The notes beneath the pieces were generated by a model, which made no database searches, had not been told where the DNA came from, and worked only from the letters and a program-made list of their open reading frames with translations. From assembly GCA_964561765.1 (NCBI GenBank), contig CAZLQI010000004.1:54665-118664 (forward strand): a DNA stretch of 64,000 nt. Reading direction: 5' to 3'. Source of the DNA: an uncultured Chromatiales bacterium. Its GTDB lineage: Bacteria; Pseudomonadota; Gammaproteobacteria; DATFLL01. A program made the position numbers and the translations under genes. Position 1 is the first letter of the stretch. Every line of letters begins with the position of its first letter. Below are positions 45,136 to 58,303 of this stretch, piece by piece.

Positions 45136-45577
45136 CCGCCTCGCGTTCGGCGCACATCAACTCAGCACTACAAACCACCTTGTCATCAACCAGCGCCTTG
45201 CCAACAAATTTCCATACCCCGCGCATGCTCTTCACAACATCGACCTCAAGACGTAACTGGTCGCCTGGTTCGACCGGCTGCTTGAAACGCACATTGTCGA
45301 TACCCACCAGATAATACAGCGATCCTTCATCCGGTTTCTTACCTACGCTCAGGAAGGCCAGTATTCCAGTTGCCTGGGCCAATGCCTCGACGATAAGTAC
45401 ACCCGGCATCACCGGACGTTGTGGAAAGTGTCCGCAGAAGTAAGGCTCGTTGAACGAAACATTCTTGATGGCCACAAGCGAGCGGCCTGGTTCACACGCC
45501 AACACCCGATCCACCAATAAAAAGGGATAACGGTGCGGGAGATATTGAAGTATTTCGTGTATATCCAGTGAGCTCAA
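45131..45577 (-). CDS. fabZ: 3-hydroxyacyl-ACP dehydratase FabZ
   Basis: [13 protein letters not shown] and GHFP motifs. Probable TTG start with an AAAAGGAG SD. Confidence 0.9.
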   Translation of the reverse strand: MSSLDIHEILQYLPHRYPFLLVDRVLACEPGRSLVAIKNVSFNEPYFCGHFPQRPVMPGVLIVEALAQATGILAFLSVGKKPDEGSLYYLVGIDNVRFKQPVEPGDQLRLEVDVVKSMRGVWKFVGKALVDDKVVCSAELMCAEREAV

Positions 45578-45581
45578 GGCG

Positions 45582-46622
45582 TCACTCCTTTTGTGCTTGA
45601 GATTGTAATTGTTTCTCCAACACCTTGAGGCGCCGCGCCATAGCGTCGAGTTGTTTAAAACGTACAAAATTCCTGTGCCATTGGCGGTTGGGTTCCAGTG
45701 GCACACCGGACGAGTACACCCCGGGCTCGGAAATGGAATGAGTCACCATCGACATACCGGTGATTTGTACGTTATCGGCTATTTCCAGATGTCCGACTAC
45801 ACCCACACTTCCGGCCAGGACACACGCCCGTCCAATCTTCGCACTACCTGCGATGGCCGTACACGCAGCAACTGCGCTATGTGCACCAATGTGCACATTA
45901 TGGCCAACCTGGATCAGGTTATCGAGTTTTACACCCTCCTCCAGGATGGTGTCCTCCAACGCTCCACGGTCAATCGTCGTATTGGCACCCACCTCCACAT
46001 CATCACCGATACGCACTGTGCCAAGCTGTGGCACCTTGACCCAGCGGCCCTGATCATTGGCAAGACCAAAACCTTCTGCACCGATCACCACACCCGGGTG
46101 TAACAACACACCCTGGCCGACAATAACATCATGGCACAGCGTGACATTGGCAATCAGCTGTGTGTTGCGGCCGATCTCCACCCCGGCACCCACAACACAG
46201 CCCGGGCCGATAAAAACGTCTTCAGCAATATGGGCACCGGATTCTATGACGCTGTTAGGTCCAATCCAGGCACCGTTGGCCACGCGGGCATCTGCAGCGA
46301 CCACCGCGGTAGCGTGTATGCCCTGTGGGTGCTCCTGCTCACCGAGTAGCAAAGTCGCAATCCGCGCATAAGCAAGATAGGGGTCAACCACGATTAGGGC
46401 GGCTGTCGGACAGGCATCAATATCCGGGCGGCGTAAAATCACGGCTGCCGCCTGCGTCTGTGGCAACTGTTTGCGAAATGGCGCACGGGTCAGGAAGGTT
46501 ATCTGTCCCGCACTGGCAAGGTGCAGAGGGGCAACACCCTCAATAATGAGTTCGGCATCACCGTGAACCTCACCCGCTACATACTCCGCTAGCATGCCGA
46601 GGGTATATTTTATCGGCGAGAC
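45582..46622 (-). CDS. lpxD: UDP-3-O-acylglucosamine N-acyltransferase
   Basis: Full-length LpxD with left-handed beta-helix hexapeptide repeats and the conserved C-terminus. Confidence 0.9.
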   Translation of the reverse strand, partial: VSPIKYTLGMLAEYVAGEVHGDAELIIEGVAPLHLASAGQITFLTRAPFRKQLPQTQAAAVILRRPDIDACPTAALIVVDPYLAYARIATLLLGEQEHPQGIHATAVVAADARVANGAWIGPNSVIESGAHIAEDVFIGPGCVVGAGVEIGRNTQLIANVTLCHDVIVGQGVLLHPGVVIGAEGFGLANDQGRWVKVPQLGTVRIGDDVEVGANTTIDRGALEDTILEEGVKLDNLIQVGHNVHIGAHSAVAACTAIAGSAKIGRACVLAGSVGVVGHLEIADNVQITGMSMVTHSISEPGVYSSGVPLEPNRQWHRNFVRFKQLDAMARRLKVLEKQLQSQAQKE

Positions 46623-46648
46623 ACCCTGTTGTTGATCTCTTTCCATCA

Positions 46649-47206
46649 TCACTTTTTCGCGGGCGCACCCGGTTTTCCACTACCCGTGGCGCTGTTCTCG
46701 CGGCGCAGTACATCCAGTACTTTTTGCGTCACATCAACGCGTTCACTCGCATACAACACGCTGTTGTCCCCAAGGATCATGTCATAGTGCTGTTCTTTGG
46801 CCAGGGTGGCTATCGCCAGCAGAACTTGGCGTTGCAGCTTGCTGAGTTCTTCATTTCGACGGATATTGAAATCCTCGCGAAATTCATCCTGGGAACGTTT
46901 TATATCACGTTTTTTCGACAAGATGGCACTCTCAAGTTCACCCTGTTTGTTATCACTCATCAGCGCGCCATTACGCGCCAGTTTGTCCTCAAGTTTTGCG
47001 AGCTGTTTTTGCGCCTTGACCAACGCCTTATCGCGAGGCGCAAACTCTGTCTGTAATTTATGCCGTGCCACTTCCGCCTGTGGGGCTTCTTCGAGCACCT
47101 TAGCCGTGTTGACGAAGCCCAGTTTGACTTCGGCGGCCCACAACGGTGTCGCCAAACACAGCAACAGACTAAACGAGACTGCCATATAGATATTGTATTT
47201 TTTCAA
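46649..47206 (-). CDS. skp: Periplasmic chaperone Skp (OmpH)
   Basis: Signal peptide followed by a coiled-coil OmpH domain. Between bamA and lpxD. Confidence 0.8.
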   Translation of the reverse strand: MKKYNIYMAVSFSLLLCLATPLWAAEVKLGFVNTAKVLEEAPQAEVARHKLQTEFAPRDKALVKAQKQLAKLEDKLARNGALMSDNKQGELESAILSKKRDIKRSQDEFREDFNIRRNEELSKLQRQVLLAIATLAKEQHYDMILGDNSVLYASERVDVTQKVLDVLRRENSATGSGKPGAPAKK

Positions 47207-47252
47207 AGCTGCCTCCATCGCATCCGGAACAAAGTCCTCACACAGATCATCC

Positions 47253-49529
47253 TCAGAACGGCGAGCCCATGGTGAACTGGAAGGATTGCTTTTCATCACC
47301 TGGCTTGGCATTGAGCGGTGTCGCCAGGCTGAAGCGCAGGGCCCCGACCGGTGTCAGCCAGATGGCTGATATGCCCGCAGAATAACGCAACTCACTCAGT
47401 TTGACCTTCTGGATTGATGTATCAAACACATTGCCGGCATCCAGAAAGGTGCTAAATCGTACAGAGTTACTATTTTTCGCAAACGGATTGGGAAAGATCA
47501 GCTCCACACTGCCAACGATACTCACATTGCCGCCAATCGGCAGATTGGTCACCGGATCATGCGGTCCCAGGGTATTTGCTTTAAAGCCACGCACCGAATC
47601 GGTACCGCCAGCATAGTAATTCTCAAAAGGCGGTAGCTGTGTCGTGTTACCAAAACTTGCACCATAGCCCAACTGCGCCCGCATCGACAGGGTAATCTTT
47701 TTGCTCAGCGGAATATAGCCACGTTGCAGATAGCCCAGTTTGTAGAATTTGAGACTGCTACCTGGTGCTGTCACCTCGGCCGTTACTTGGGCCAGCGTAC
47801 CCCGGTCAGCAAAGATCGCGCGATTACGGGTGTCGTGTGTCCAGCTTGTAGTGAACTTATAAAGATGATAGCTACTACCTTCTTTTCTAATAAAATCAAG
47901 TATTTGTTGAGCTGTCTGGGTGCCCGTCAATAAGTCCGTGCTCTCATAGCCGAGCCCGGCACGCACGGTATCATTTTCGCTGAGCGGGATACCATAGTTG
48001 ACAGAAGCCCCGTAACTGTTGGTCGTGTAATATGTCAGATTGGCCTGGGAGGCGTTGACCTTACGCGAATAAATCTGGAAACCACGGCTGATCCCGTTCA
48101 GCGTATAGTATGGATTGGTATAGTTGAAGCTGTAGACCTGGGTCACCTGGCTGTTGTTGATGTTGATGCCCACCCGCTTGCCGGTACCGAGGAAGTTGTT
48201 CTGGGTCACACTGAAATTGAGCAACAGTCCCTGACTGCCGGAATAACCGACACCCGCCTGCAAACTCCCGGTCGCCCGTTCGCTGACATGGTAGTTGAGA
48301 TCGACCTGATCATTGGTACCCGGCACCACCGGTGTATTCACGCTGACATTACTGAAATACCCCAGACGTTGAAGACGAGTGCGTGAACGGGCAACCTTTC
48401 TGGTAGACATCATGCCGGCCTCCATTTGTCGCATCTCGCGGCGAATCACCTCATCACGGGTGGTCGTATTACCGGTGATATTGATACGGCGCACATAGAC
48501 GCGTCGACCTGGATCGACAAAAAATGTCAAGGCAACAGTTTGTTTCTTTTTGCTAACCTCCGGCACGGCATTAACATTGGCGAACGCGTAGCCTTCATCG
48601 CCAAGACGATCAGAAATGGCCTTGGTGGTTGCGGTGATTTTCTTGCGCGAGAAGATATCCCCCGGATTGATGCTGATCAGTTTCTCTACCTGCGCCTTTG
48701 GCAGGACTAGATTTCCTGCCAAATTTACGGCACTGACCGTGTACTTCTTGCCCTCAGTGACATTAATCGTCACGTAGATATCTTTCATGTCAGGCGTCAA
48801 CGAAACTTGTGTGGAGTCGATATTGAAGTTGATATAACCCCGATCGAGATAATACGAGCGCAGGGTTTCAAGATCGCCGGCCAGTTGCTGTTTGGAGTAT
48901 TTACTGTGGCCAGTAAAAAAACTGACTTTGCTGAGCTTGAGAAAACTGCGCAGATCATCCTCACTGTAGGCATGGTTGCCAACAATGTTGACGCGGTGAA
49001 TCACCGCCGAATCACCTTCGGCGATCTTGACCTTGATATCTACCCGGTTACGCTCCAACGGCGTTACCGCAGTCTTGATCGACACCGCATACTTGCCCAA
49101 ACTATCGTACTGTCGACGCAACTCCTGCTCGATACGCGCAAGCATGGAGCGATCGAACACGCGGCCCTCCGTCAAACCGATTTGTTTGAGCGCGGAATTG
49201 AGTTGTTCAGTGGGGATAGCGCTATTGCCGGTAACAGAAATGCTGGCAATCGCCGGGCGCTCAGCCACGAAGACCACCAATGCATCACCTTCGCGTTGCA
49301 AACGCACGTCCTTGAAAAAACCGGTTTTGTAGAGGTCGCTAATGGCCTTGCTGGCTAGCCTGTCATCAAGCCGCTCGCCAACCTTGACGGGAAGGTAATT
49401 AAAAACAGTCCCGACCGATATGCGTTGCAGACCTTCGAGACGGATATCCCGGATAGTAAAAGGCTCGAAGGCGTAAGCGGGCAGTACGAACACATAACAA
49501 AATAAAAGCACCAGAAAAAATTTTTTCAT
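47253..49529 (-). CDS. bamA: Outer membrane protein assembly factor BamA
   Basis: Signal peptide [10 protein letters not shown]..., five POTRA domains and an Omp85 beta-barrel. About 760 aa. Confidence 0.9.
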   Translation of the reverse strand: MKKFFLVLLFCYVFVLPAYAFEPFTIRDIRLEGLQRISVGTVFNYLPVKVGERLDDRLASKAISDLYKTGFFKDVRLQREGDALVVFVAERPAIASISVTGNSAIPTEQLNSALKQIGLTEGRVFDRSMLARIEQELRRQYDSLGKYAVSIKTAVTPLERNRVDIKVKIAEGDSAVIHRVNIVGNHAYSEDDLRSFLKLSKVSFFTGHSKYSKQQLAGDLETLRSYYLDRGYINFNIDSTQVSLTPDMKDIYVTINVTEGKKYTVSAVNLAGNLVLPKAQVEKLISINPGDIFSRKKITATTKAISDRLGDEGYAFANVNAVPEVSKKKQTVALTFFVDPGRRVYVRRINITGNTTTRDEVIRREMRQMEAGMMSTRKVARSRTRLQRLGYFSNVSVNTPVVPGTNDQVDLNYHVSERATGSLQAGVGYSGSQGLLLNFSVTQNNFLGTGKRVGININNSQVTQVYSFNYTNPYYTLNGISRGFQIYSRKVNASQANLTYYTTNSYGASVNYGIPLSENDTVRAGLGYESTDLLTGTQTAQQILDFIRKEGSSYHLYKFTTSWTHDTRNRAIFADRGTLAQVTAEVTAPGSSLKFYKLGYLQRGYIPLSKKITLSMRAQLGYGASFGNTTQLPPFENYYAGGTDSVRGFKANTLGPHDPVTNLPIGGNVSIVGSVELIFPNPFAKNSNSVRFSTFLDAGNVFDTSIQKVKLSELRYSAGISAIWLTPVGALRFSLATPLNAKPGDEKQSFQFTMGSPF

Positions 49530-49578
49530 GAAATACCCGCGTCTATCCTGCTTGTCATATTGACGGTTGACCCCGGGT

Positions 49579-50946
49579 CTAACCAAACAACCCGGAAAGA
49601 TCGTTATAAAAAGCCAGGCTCATAAGCATAACCAGGATTACTATACCTACACGTTGCCCCACGGCCTCGGTTTGTTCCGAGACCGGACTACCTTTTACAA
49701 TCTCGATAAAATAGTACAACAGGTGACCACCATCCAGGATGGGGATCGGCAACAGGTTCAGCACGCCCAGGCTGAGGCTGACAATGGCGATAAAATCAAG
49801 ATAATGAGTCGGTCCAGCGCTGGCAGACTCGCCGGCATAACGGGCGATATTGATGGGACCGCTGAGATTCTTCACCGAGGCCTCGCCAATGAGGATTTTG
49901 CCCAACATATTCAACGTCAGTGTCGACATTGTCCAGGTCTTGTGTACTGCCTCGTTGATGGCGCCCAGCACCGGATAACGATAGATCGCCTTCATGCTTT
50001 GCGGCATTGGCGTACGCTGCGCCGGTGTGATGCCTACTTGTGCCACCCGCGCGCCATTTTCCATAACGCGATGCGGTGTTACCGATACCACACGACTGCG
50101 ACCTTCCCGATCGATGCGAAATACTATCGGTTTACCGGTATTTTTCCGTACCACATCGACCAGAGCCTGCCAGTCATCAAGCGCCTTGCCATTGGCAGCA
50201 ACAATGTGATCGCCCGGTTCGAGACCGGCTTGCTGCGCCGCCGAACCGGGCAATATCTTGCCGATGATCGTAGCCACCCGGGGCAACCAGGGCACGATAC
50301 CGAGGTGCTCAAATATCCGCTTGGTGATCTCATGAGCCTTGAGCCTGCGAAAATCGAGTTGCGCGTGCCGCGTATCGCCATTGCGTTCGCGTAGCGTCAA
50401 CGCCACCTCGCTACGGTCGATCATCGCCGGCAACAAGGCCTGCAGGGCGGCATCCCAAATTGGAGTAATCCGACCATTGACCGCCACGATCTCCTCACCC
50501 GCATGCAGACCCGCCACCGCAGCCACCGAGCCGGACCTGACCTCACCAATCACGGGTTTGATGCCGCTCACACCGACGATAAACACCAGCCAGTAGATCA
50601 CGATGGCGAGCAAAAAATTGAACAACGGGCCGGCCAACACGATTGCGAAGCGTTTGTAGACTGGCTGACGATTGAAAGCGCGATGCAGCTCGTGCGCGGC
50701 CACCTCTCCCTCGCGCTCATCAAGCATTTTGACATAGCCACCCACAGGCAAGACGGCAACGACATATTCGGTTTGATCCGCACCGGCCCGGTGACGCCAC
50801 AGCGGGCGTCCGAAACCGATCGAATAGCGCAACACCTTGACACCGAGAGTCTTTGCCACCCAGAAGTGGCCAAACTCATGGACGGCAACCAGCACCGAGA
50901 TGGCGACAATAAAGGCAACAAGGGTAAACAAAACACTGCCGAACAT
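49579..50946 (-). CDS. rseP: Sigma-E protease RseP (S2P zinc metalloprotease)
   Basis: HEFGH zinc motif, PDZ domains and a C-terminal LDG motif. Confidence 0.9.
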   Translation of the reverse strand: MFGSVLFTLVAFIVAISVLVAVHEFGHFWVAKTLGVKVLRYSIGFGRPLWRHRAGADQTEYVVAVLPVGGYVKMLDEREGEVAAHELHRAFNRQPVYKRFAIVLAGPLFNFLLAIVIYWLVFIVGVSGIKPVIGEVRSGSVAAVAGLHAGEEIVAVNGRITPIWDAALQALLPAMIDRSEVALTLRERNGDTRHAQLDFRRLKAHEITKRIFEHLGIVPWLPRVATIIGKILPGSAAQQAGLEPGDHIVAANGKALDDWQALVDVVRKNTGKPIVFRIDREGRSRVVSVTPHRVMENGARVAQVGITPAQRTPMPQSMKAIYRYPVLGAINEAVHKTWTMSTLTLNMLGKILIGEASVKNLSGPINIARYAGESASAGPTHYLDFIAIVSLSLGVLNLLPIPILDGGHLLYYFIEIVKGSPVSEQTEAVGQRVGIVILVMLMSLAFYNDLSGLFG

Positions 50947-50950
50947 GACT

Positions 50951-52132
50951 CTATCCTGCCAATTTCATGAGTTGCTGGTGAGCGACACGGCGTGCAGATG
51001 CGTCGGCTTCCAGAACAGTATCCAGCGAATCGGCAACGTGCACCGGTAGTGCATCGAGTACCCCTTCTATCAGGCAATGAATGCCGGTGAAACGCAGTTG
51101 ACCGTCAAGGAACGCCTGCACGGCCACCTCGTTGGCGGCATTAAGTACGGTCGATGCCGTACCACCCGCTGCCATGGCCTCGCCCGCGAGACGCAGACAG
51201 GGAAAGCGCACCGGATCTGGCACTTCGAAATCCAGGTGAGCGACATCGAACAGATCCAGACTATGCACGCCGGCTGCAATACGCTCCGGCCAGGCCAGGG
51301 CATGGGCAATCGGCGTGCGCATGTCGGGATTGCCGAGTTGCGCAAGCACCGTTCCGTCGGCGTATTCTACCATGGAATGGATCACGCTTTGTGGGTGCAC
51401 GACCACCTGGATCTGCTCAGGCCGGGCATTGAACAGCCAACAGGCCTCGATCACCTCCAACCCCTTGTTCATCATGGTGGCCGAATCCACCGATATCTTG
51501 CGCCCCATGCGCCAATTGGGGTGGGCAATGGCCTGCTCCGGTGTGACCTGCTCCAGGGCGTCCATGGGTGTCGTGCGAAATGGTCCACCGGAGGCGGTCA
51601 GCAGGATGCGCTGAACCCCTACCTCACCCAGGCCGCGCTGAAAATCGGCGGGCATACACTGAAAGATGGCATTGTGCTCGCTGTCAATCGGCAACAATTG
51701 TGCGCCATGCGCCTTGATCTCATCCATGAAAAGTCGACCCGACATGACCAGGGCTTCCTTGTTGGCCAACAGGATGCGCTTGCCGGCACGTGCCGCCGCC
51801 AGGGTGGGCTGCAGGCCAGCTGCCCCGACAATGGCCGCCATGACGTAGTCGACCTCATCGAGTGCGGCCACCACCTTCAGCCCGTCCATACCGGAGAGCA
51901 CACGGGTGCATGCGCCGGCATCGCTGAGCCTCGCCGCCAGTTGCCCGGCCGCATCTTCGTCACCCATCACGGCATAATCCGGCATATGGCGCAGACACTG
52001 TGTATAGAGGCGTTCAACCTGCCGGTGTGCCGTCAGGGCAACAACACGGTAACGCCCGGGATGTCGGGCGATGACGTCCAGTGTACTCATGCCGATGGAG
52101 CCGGTTGCCCCAAGTATGGTCACGCCCTTCAT
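50951..52132 (-). CDS. dxr: 1-deoxy-D-xylulose 5-phosphate reductoisomerase
   Basis: [14 protein letters not shown] motif. Full length. Confidence 0.9.
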   Translation of the reverse strand: MKGVTILGATGSIGMSTLDVIARHPGRYRVVALTAHRQVERLYTQCLRHMPDYAVMGDEDAAGQLAARLSDAGACTRVLSGMDGLKVVAALDEVDYVMAAIVGAAGLQPTLAAARAGKRILLANKEALVMSGRLFMDEIKAHGAQLLPIDSEHNAIFQCMPADFQRGLGEVGVQRILLTASGGPFRTTPMDALEQVTPEQAIAHPNWRMGRKISVDSATMMNKGLEVIEACWLFNARPEQIQVVVHPQSVIHSMVEYADGTVLAQLGNPDMRTPIAHALAWPERIAAGVHSLDLFDVAHLDFEVPDPVRFPCLRLAGEAMAAGGTASTVLNAANEVAVQAFLDGQLRFTGIHCLIEGVLDALPVHVADSLDTVLEADASARRVAHQQLMKLAG

Positions 52133-52959
52133 CGCGACACCCCCATCAAAATCAGCCCCAACATGAACACTGGTGCCGCCGCCGTCAGGCTGTCCAGACG
52201 ATCGAGGATCCCGCCATGCCCAGGCAATAGCTGGCCGCTATCCTTCACGCCAGCCATACGCTTGAACAGGCTTTCAAACAGATCGCCCAGGATCGAGCAC
52301 ACTACCGTCACCAGGCAAAGCACAACGAACAACCCCAGATAGGCCGCTGACATCCTGAAGACAACATCACCGGCGATCAGTGCGATCAGTACAGTGCCCA
52401 GCAGCGCCCCGCCTACCCCTTCCCACGTCTTGCCAGGGCTGACCCGGGGGGCCAGTTTGCACCTGCCCCAGCGTCGACCGGCAAAATAGGCACCACTGTC
52501 CGCCACCCACATCAACAGGATGAGAAACAACAGATAAGAACGGCCGCTACCGGGTATCTCACTGAGGGCGACCAGGGCCACCCAGGATGCCACGAGTACC
52601 AGGATCCCGGTCAGCAGGCGATGTAAACGCCCCCTGCCCCGTTCGCTGATCGCCGGGTACACCCTGATCAGCCGCCAGGCCAGTAGCCACCACAAGACCG
52701 TCAGGGTCAGGATCACCGGTAACACCCAGTTCGCCACCATGGCGATATCGGCCATGACCATCAGGATGAGGATAAAAAGGACATAGAAACCGCGCCCCGG
52801 TAGTGAATGAAGACCGGCGAGCGTGCCCCATTCCCAGGCCCCAATCGCCAGAACACCACCCAGCACGATAGCTAACCAGGGGGGTGGTAGTGCAATCACC
52901 CCCCAGATCACCAGGGGCACCAGGATGGCGGCGGTGAGTACGCGCAGCCTAAGCATCAT
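52129..52959 (-). CDS. cdsA: Phosphatidate cytidylyltransferase
   Basis: Multi-TM CdsA with a C-terminal signature. Confidence 0.85.
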   Translation of the reverse strand: MMLRLRVLTAAILVPLVIWGVIALPPPWLAIVLGGVLAIGAWEWGTLAGLHSLPGRGFYVLFILILMVMADIAMVANWVLPVILTLTVLWWLLAWRLIRVYPAISERGRGRLHRLLTGILVLVASWVALVALSEIPGSGRSYLLFLILLMWVADSGAYFAGRRWGRCKLAPRVSPGKTWEGVGGALLGTVLIALIAGDVVFRMSAAYLGLFVVLCLVTVVCSILGDLFESLFKRMAGVKDSGQLLPGHGGILDRLDSLTAAAPVFMLGLILMGVSR

Positions 52960-53716
52960 GCAGCCGCTCGATCTGCTCACCCGTACGGCCGAAACGACGC
53001 TGGCGAAAGGCATAGGCCTTCAGGGCGGCATCCAGCTCCTGCGCTTTGAAATCGGGCCACAGAGTGGGAGTGAAATATAGCTCGGTATAGGCCAGCGGCC
53101 ATAACAGGAAATTACTGATACGCTGCTCGCCACCCGTGCGGATAAACAGATCCGGCTCCGGGAGATCTGCCATGCATAGCGCTGCCTGTACATGCTCGGG
53201 AGTAATATCCGCGCTGCGTATCTTCCCCTGCTCGGCCTGCTCGGCAAGCTGGCGGACCGCCTGCGTGATATCCCAGCGGCCACCGTAGTTGGCTGCAATA
53301 TTGAGCACCAGACCGCTGTTATTGCGGGTTGTGTCTTCAGCCGCGCAAATCGTGTCCTGCAACTTGGGCGCAAAGACACTGCGATCACCGATAACGCGCA
53401 TGCGCACATTGTTCCGATGTAGTTTGTCGGCCTCGTGCTCCAATGCACTCAAAAACAGCTCCATCAGCAGGCCCACTTCTTTCTTCGGGCGGCGCCAGTT
53501 CTCGCTGCTGAATGCGAACAAGGTGAGAACATCAATATGCCGCTCGGCGCAGCCCTGCACCGTCTGGCGTACTGCCCCGACGCCGGCCCGGTGCCCAGCA
53601 AAGCGTGGCAGACTGCGTTGTTTGGCCCACCGACCGTTGCCGTCCATGATGATGGCGACATGCCGAGGCGTCTCGCAGAGGGCTTCTGGGCTCGTATTGG
53701 CCGTAATGTCGGACAT
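52949..53716 (-). CDS. uppS: Undecaprenyl pyrophosphate synthase
   Basis: [13 protein letters not shown] motif. Confidence 0.9.
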   Translation of the reverse strand: MSDITANTSPEALCETPRHVAIIMDGNGRWAKQRSLPRFAGHRAGVGAVRQTVQGCAERHIDVLTLFAFSSENWRRPKKEVGLLMELFLSALEHEADKLHRNNVRMRVIGDRSVFAPKLQDTICAAEDTTRNNSGLVLNIAANYGGRWDITQAVRQLAEQAEQGKIRSADITPEHVQAALCMADLPEPDLFIRTGGEQRISNFLLWPLAYTELYFTPTLWPDFKAQELDAALKAYAFRQRRFGRTGEQIERLHDA

Positions 53717-53893
53717 ACCCCGTGTATTTCGATTTAAGTCGGGCCAACAAGGGGCAATCAACCCGCTGACGACTGACAGCCAGATGGTCACCGCGCACCC
53801 TATTCCGTGGCGAATGACCCGCACGCGCTTCTGAGTGAAACCATGCGCCGCAGCCATCCCCCGGTCTGCGGCACCACATCAGAAGGCTGTGGG

Positions 53894-54451
53894 CTAAATG
53901 ATCAGGAGATCCTTCTCCTTGCTCTCCAGTTGCTTGTCCACCGTAGCCACGTACTTGTCAGTAATCTTCTGCACCTCGTCCTGCGCACGATGTTCCATGT
54001 CTTCGCTGATGGCCTTTTCCTTGAGCAGTGTCTTGAGATCACCGAGCACATCACGGCGGATATTGCGAATTGCCACGCGGGTATTCTCGCCCTCATGGCG
54101 CACGATCCTAACCATATCCTTTCGCCGCTCCTCGGTCAGGGGCGGGATTGGTACCCGGATTACCGTGCCCGCTGAGGCCGGATTGAGGCCCATACCCGAG
54201 GTCATGATGGCCTTTTCGACCGTTTGGACCATGCTCCGTTCCCAAGGTGTCACGGTCAGGGTGCGGGCATCCTCGGTGCCAATATTGGCCACCTGGCTGA
54301 GCGGCACCTCGGAACCATAATACGCCACCGTCAAGTGATCGAGCAGGCTGGGATGGGCACGACCGGTGCGCAATTTGGTCAGTTCGATCTTCAGGGACTC
54401 GATACTTTTTCCCATGCGCTGTTCGGCGTCTTTTTTCAGTTCCTCGATCAT
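53894..54451 (-). CDS. frr: Ribosome recycling factor
   Basis: Full-length Frr similarity. Confidence 0.9.
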   Translation of the reverse strand: MIEELKKDAEQRMGKSIESLKIELTKLRTGRAHPSLLDHLTVAYYGSEVPLSQVANIGTEDARTLTVTPWERSMVQTVEKAIMTSGMGLNPASAGTVIRVPIPPLTEERRKDMVRIVRHEGENTRVAIRNIRRDVLGDLKTLLKEKAISEDMEHRAQDEVQKITDKYVATVDKQLESKEKDLLII

Positions 54452-55236
54452 GCGCATTCTCCAGATTTTCCAGCCGCCTCCACCAGAGTGCCCTCATGAC
54501 CACCTTGCACGATGCGCATCAACGCACCAGACTTGTTCATGTCATAGACTCGAATCGGCATATTATGGTCACGACACAACACGATCGCCGTGGCATCCAT
54601 CACCATCAGCTTGTTCTCGATGATTTCGTCGTAGTTGAGGCGTTCATAGCGTACCGCATTTGGATCCTTGAACGGATCCGCTGAGTAAATCCCGTCGACC
54701 TTGGTCGCCTTGATAACCAGCTCGGCATTGATCTCGATGCCACGCAGGCTGGCCGCCGTGTCGGTGGTGAAAAAAGGATTGCCGGTGCCAGCGGCCAGGA
54801 CTACCACTCGCCCCTTTTCCAGGTGCCGAATGGCGCGACGATGTATGTAATCCTCACAGACCTGATGAATGGAAATAGCCGACATGACCCGCGCGGGCAA
54901 GGTCTCTTGCTCCAGGGCATCCTGCAATGAGAGGGCATTGATGACCGTAGCCAACATGCCCATCTTGTCCGCTGCAGCGCGATCCATACCGACATTAGCC
55001 AGACTCACGCCGCGAAAGATATTGCCGCCACCGATAACGACGGCCACCTCGACACCCATCTCGACCAGTTCCCCGATCTCCCGAGCAACCCGTTTGAGTA
55101 TGTCGGGATCGATGCCGAAGGCGTTGTCACCCATCAGGGCCTCACCGCTGAGCTTGAGCAGCACGCGGCGGTAGCGCAGGCCGCAACCCGTATCGCTGGA
55201 ATGACCTGTCGGGTGATCCGCCGCGCCCATACTCAA
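54448..55236 (-). CDS. pyrH: UMP kinase
   Basis: [10 protein letters not shown] motif. The true start is possibly downstream of the first Met. Confidence 0.85.
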   Translation of the reverse strand: MSMGAADHPTGHSSDTGCGLRYRRVLLKLSGEALMGDNAFGIDPDILKRVAREIGELVEMGVEVAVVIGGGNIFRGVSLANVGMDRAAADKMGMLATVINALSLQDALEQETLPARVMSAISIHQVCEDYIHRRAIRHLEKGRVVVLAAGTGNPFFTTDTAASLRGIEINAELVIKATKVDGIYSADPFKDPNAVRYERLNYDEIIENKLMVMDATAIVLCRDHNMPIRVYDMNKSGALMRIVQGGHEGTLVEAAGKSGECA

Positions 55237-56117
55237 CCCCCACGAACCTGGGACATCACCTCATCGACAAAATTGTCAGCCTTCTTCTCAATACCTTCAC
55301 CCACCTCGAAACGCACAAACCCCTTCACGCGTGCGCCCGCCTGGTCCAGTAATTTCTCTACTGTGGTATCTGAGTCCTTGATGAAGGGCTGACCCAGCAG
55401 TGTCACTTCCTTGAGATACTTCTTGATACGACCCTGCACCATCTTCTCGACAATCTCGGCCGGTTTACCACTCTCGGCGGCCTGGGCAGCGTAAATATCC
55501 TTCTCTTTCGCCAACGTCCCGGCCGGAACCTCATCCTCGCTCACACACAACGGCCGACTGGCGGCGACGTGCATGGCGATATCCCTGGCCAGCGCATCAG
55601 TGCCTCCGTCCATGCTCACCACAACACCAATGCGGATACCGTGCAGGTAGATACCCAGGCGCGGTGCATCTTCAATGAGATGAAACCGGCGCACACTGAT
55701 GTTCTCACCGATTTTGGCGATGAGGCCCTTGCGCGCCGCCTCCACCGTGGGCGTCTCGCCGTCAGACAGCGCCAACTCCGCCAGGGCATTGACATCACCC
55801 GGACGGCTGCTCACCACGCGCTGGGCCACAGCATCGACAAAGCGGGTGAAATTATCATCACTGGCGACAAAATCGGTCTCACAGTTGACCTCGACCATGG
55901 CCGCCGTCGTACCCTCCTTGGAAACAACGACCGCTATACGACCCTCGGCAGCGGTACGGTCAGCCTTCTTGTCGGCCTTGGCCTGACCCGATTTGCGCAG
56001 GTGCCCGATGGCCTTTTCGATATCACCATCGGTCTCCACCAGGGCCTTCTTACATTCCATCATGCCTGCCCCGGTCCGCTCGCGCAGTTCTTTTACCTGC
56101 GCCGCTGTAATTGCCAT
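55233..56117 (-). CDS. tsf: Elongation factor Ts
   Basis: [27 protein letters not shown]-terminus. Confidence 0.9.
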   Translation of the reverse strand: MAITAAQVKELRERTGAGMMECKKALVETDGDIEKAIGHLRKSGQAKADKKADRTAAEGRIAVVVSKEGTTAAMVEVNCETDFVASDDNFTRFVDAVAQRVVSSRPGDVNALAELALSDGETPTVEAARKGLIAKIGENISVRRFHLIEDAPRLGIYLHGIRIGVVVSMDGGTDALARDIAMHVAASRPLCVSEDEVPAGTLAKEKDIYAAQAAESGKPAEIVEKMVQGRIKKYLKEVTLLGQPFIKDSDTTVEKLLDQAGARVKGFVRFEVGEGIEKKADNFVDEVMSQVRGG

Positions 56118-56184
56118 GTCATCGTCCCCTCACTAATACGTACGCTTCAGTTCCCCCATGCACAGGGAGCTGATTTGAATTTTG

Positions 56185-56210
56185 AAAAAAGGGGGCGATG
56201 CCCCCTTTTT
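56185..56210 (-). terminator. Intergenic rpsB-tsf hairpin (attenuator/terminator), bidirectional form
   Basis: AAAAAA-GGGGGCGATGCCCCC-TTTTT. The 6-bp GC stem is flanked by A and T runs, in the position of the known rpsB-tsf partial terminator. Confidence 0.55.
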
Positions 56211-56232
56211 CTGTCTGCCCTGTTTCGTCGAC

Positions 56233-57153
56233 TTACTTTGCCGCCACGTCAGCAGCGGCATCGGCGGGTTTAGCGGTTTCTGCCTTGACCTCGGTATCGA
56301 CCTTGGTCTCGCTTATCTGCGGTTTCTCGGTCGTCTGCGGTTTCCTGGGGGCTACTTTTTTCTTGCTTGTCGTCTTTTTGGCCGTCTTCTTCGGCCTAGC
56401 GTCAACCGCAGGCATACCGGACTCGTCGAGTTCGACAAAATCATCACCCGCACCGCTGGCAATGTGGCCTACCGACTCGCGCCCGACAATGACGGCGTCG
56501 GCTGCACCTGTGACGTAGATCTGGATGGCGCGGATGGCATCATCATTGCCCGGGATAATATAATCCACACCCTCGGGACTATTATTGGTATCGACCACGC
56601 CAATCACCGGAATGCCCAGCTTGACGGCTTCGCTGATGGCAATCTTCTCATGACCGACATCAACGATAAATAGCGCATCGGGTATCCCCGGCATGTCTTT
56701 GATGCCACCCAGACTGCGCTCCAGCTTCTGCATCTCGCGGGTGCGCATCAACGCCTCTTTCTTGGACAAATGTTCGAAGGTACCGTCGGCAGCCATGGCC
56801 TCCAACTCCTTCAGGCGCTTGATGGACTGGCGCACGGTCTTGAAGTTGGTCAGCATGCCACCCAGCCAGCGGTGATCGACATAGGGCATGTCGCAGCGCA
56901 GCGCCTCTTCGCGGATCACCCCACCCGCCGCACGCTTGGTGCCGACAAACAGCACCCTGCCACGCCGTGCTGCCAGCGAACCGATGAAATTCATCGCATC
57001 GTTGTACAACGGCAAGGTCTTTTCCAGATTAATAATGTGGATTTTATTGCGGTCCCCGAAGATATAGGGGGCCATCTTGGGATTCCAGAAACGGGTCTGG
57101 TGACCGAAGTGAACACCGGCCTCCAGCATCTGACGCATCGTCACGTCTGCCAT
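56233..57153 (-). CDS. rpsB: 30S ribosomal protein S2, with a Lys-rich C-terminal extension
   Basis: [28 protein letters not shown]-terminus. About 60 extra C-terminal residues ([17 protein letters not shown]...). Confidence 0.9.
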   Translation of the reverse strand: MADVTMRQMLEAGVHFGHQTRFWNPKMAPYIFGDRNKIHIINLEKTLPLYNDAMNFIGSLAARRGRVLFVGTKRAAGGVIREEALRCDMPYVDHRWLGGMLTNFKTVRQSIKRLKELEAMAADGTFEHLSKKEALMRTREMQKLERSLGGIKDMPGIPDALFIVDVGHEKIAISEAVKLGIPVIGVVDTNNSPEGVDYIIPGNDDAIRAIQIYVTGAADAVIVGRESVGHIASGAGDDFVELDESGMPAVDARPKKTAKKTTSKKKVAPRKPQTTEKPQISETKVDTEVKAETAKPADAAADVAAK

Positions 57154-57452
57154 GATTAACTCCTGATTGTGTTGGGTTGGTCCTCCATGCACCCCATCTG
57201 CCAACCCCCGGTCAAAACCGTTGTCGCTGTGGCCCGTGGTGGGCCAGCGGCAGGGGCACCCAGGCAGGTGTGCCGGTGCATGTGTGGATTTTCCCCTTTA
57301 CGGGGCCGTAATATACCCGCACCGAACCCGATGCAGACGGAAGCCTGATTTGCTTACCAGGCGCGCGCTTTATACCATAAAAGGGCTTGGAACAACAAAT
57401 CCGCTCCCCCAGTGTGGCATCGTGCCACGCTGGCCGGAACCTGGCCTTCAGG

Positions 57453-57490
57453 CCGCTATCCCTTGACAGACGCCCGTCAAGGGATAGCGG
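57453..57490. promoter_or_regulatory. Perfect 14-bp inverted repeat (10-nt spacer) 40 nt upstream of map
   Basis: CCGCTATCCCTTGA-cagacgcccg-TCAAGGGATAGCGG. No flanking U-tract on either strand. Confidence 0.4.
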
Positions 57491-57529
57491 GATACGCCTC
57501 CATTCAACCCACACAGCGATCTACTATTA

Positions 57530-58303
57530 ATGAGTATCACTATCAAAACCCCGGAAGAGATCGAGAAAATGCGCACGGCCGGACGACTGGCGGCCGAGGT
57601 CCTGGAAATGATCGAACCCCACGTCAAGGCCGGCACCACCACCGACGAACTCGACACCCTCTGCCATGACTATATTGTCAACGAACAGCAAGCCATCCCT
57701 GCACCATTGAACTATCACGGCTTCCCCAAATCCATCTGTACCTCGGTCAATCATGTGGTGTGTCATGGCATCCCCGGAAACAAGAAACTCAAAAAGGGCG
57801 ATGTCATCAATATCGATATCACCGTCATCAAAGATGATTACCACGGCGACACCAGCAAGATGTTTTTCATTGCCACCCCTCCCCGCATCGCTGATCGCGT
57901 CAGCCGCATCAGCTATGAGTGCTTGCGCCGTGGTATCGAGATGGTCAGGCCGGGAATTCAGCTCGGTGATATCGGTCATGTTATTCAGGAATATGCCGAG
58001 ACCAACAACTGCTCGGTGGTGCGCGAATACTGCGGTCACGGCATCGGCCGTGAGTTCCACGAGGAACCACAGGTGCTGCACTATGGCGAACCCGGCACCG
58101 GGATCATACTGGAGACCGGTATGACCTTTACCATCGAGCCGATGATCAATGCCGGGCGCCGGCATGTGAAGGTTCTTCCCGATGGCTGGACGGTCATCAC
58201 CAAGGACCGTTCAGTTTCTGCACAATGGGAACACACCCTGCTGGTCACCGAGAACGGTTTCGAGGTGCTCACCCGGCGTCACGAGGAAAACTGGTCGGCA
58301 TGA
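57530..58303 (+). CDS. map: Methionine aminopeptidase type I
   Basis: Full-length Map with conserved metal ligands. Confidence 0.9.
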   Translation: MSITIKTPEEIEKMRTAGRLAAEVLEMIEPHVKAGTTTDELDTLCHDYIVNEQQAIPAPLNYHGFPKSICTSVNHVVCHGIPGNKKLKKGDVINIDITVIKDDYHGDTSKMFFIATPPRIADRVSRISYECLRRGIEMVRPGIQLGDIGHVIQEYAETNNCSVVREYCGHGIGREFHEEPQVLHYGEPGTGIILETGMTFTIEPMINAGRRHVKVLPDGWTVITKDRSVSAQWEHTLLVTENGFEVLTRRHEENWSA

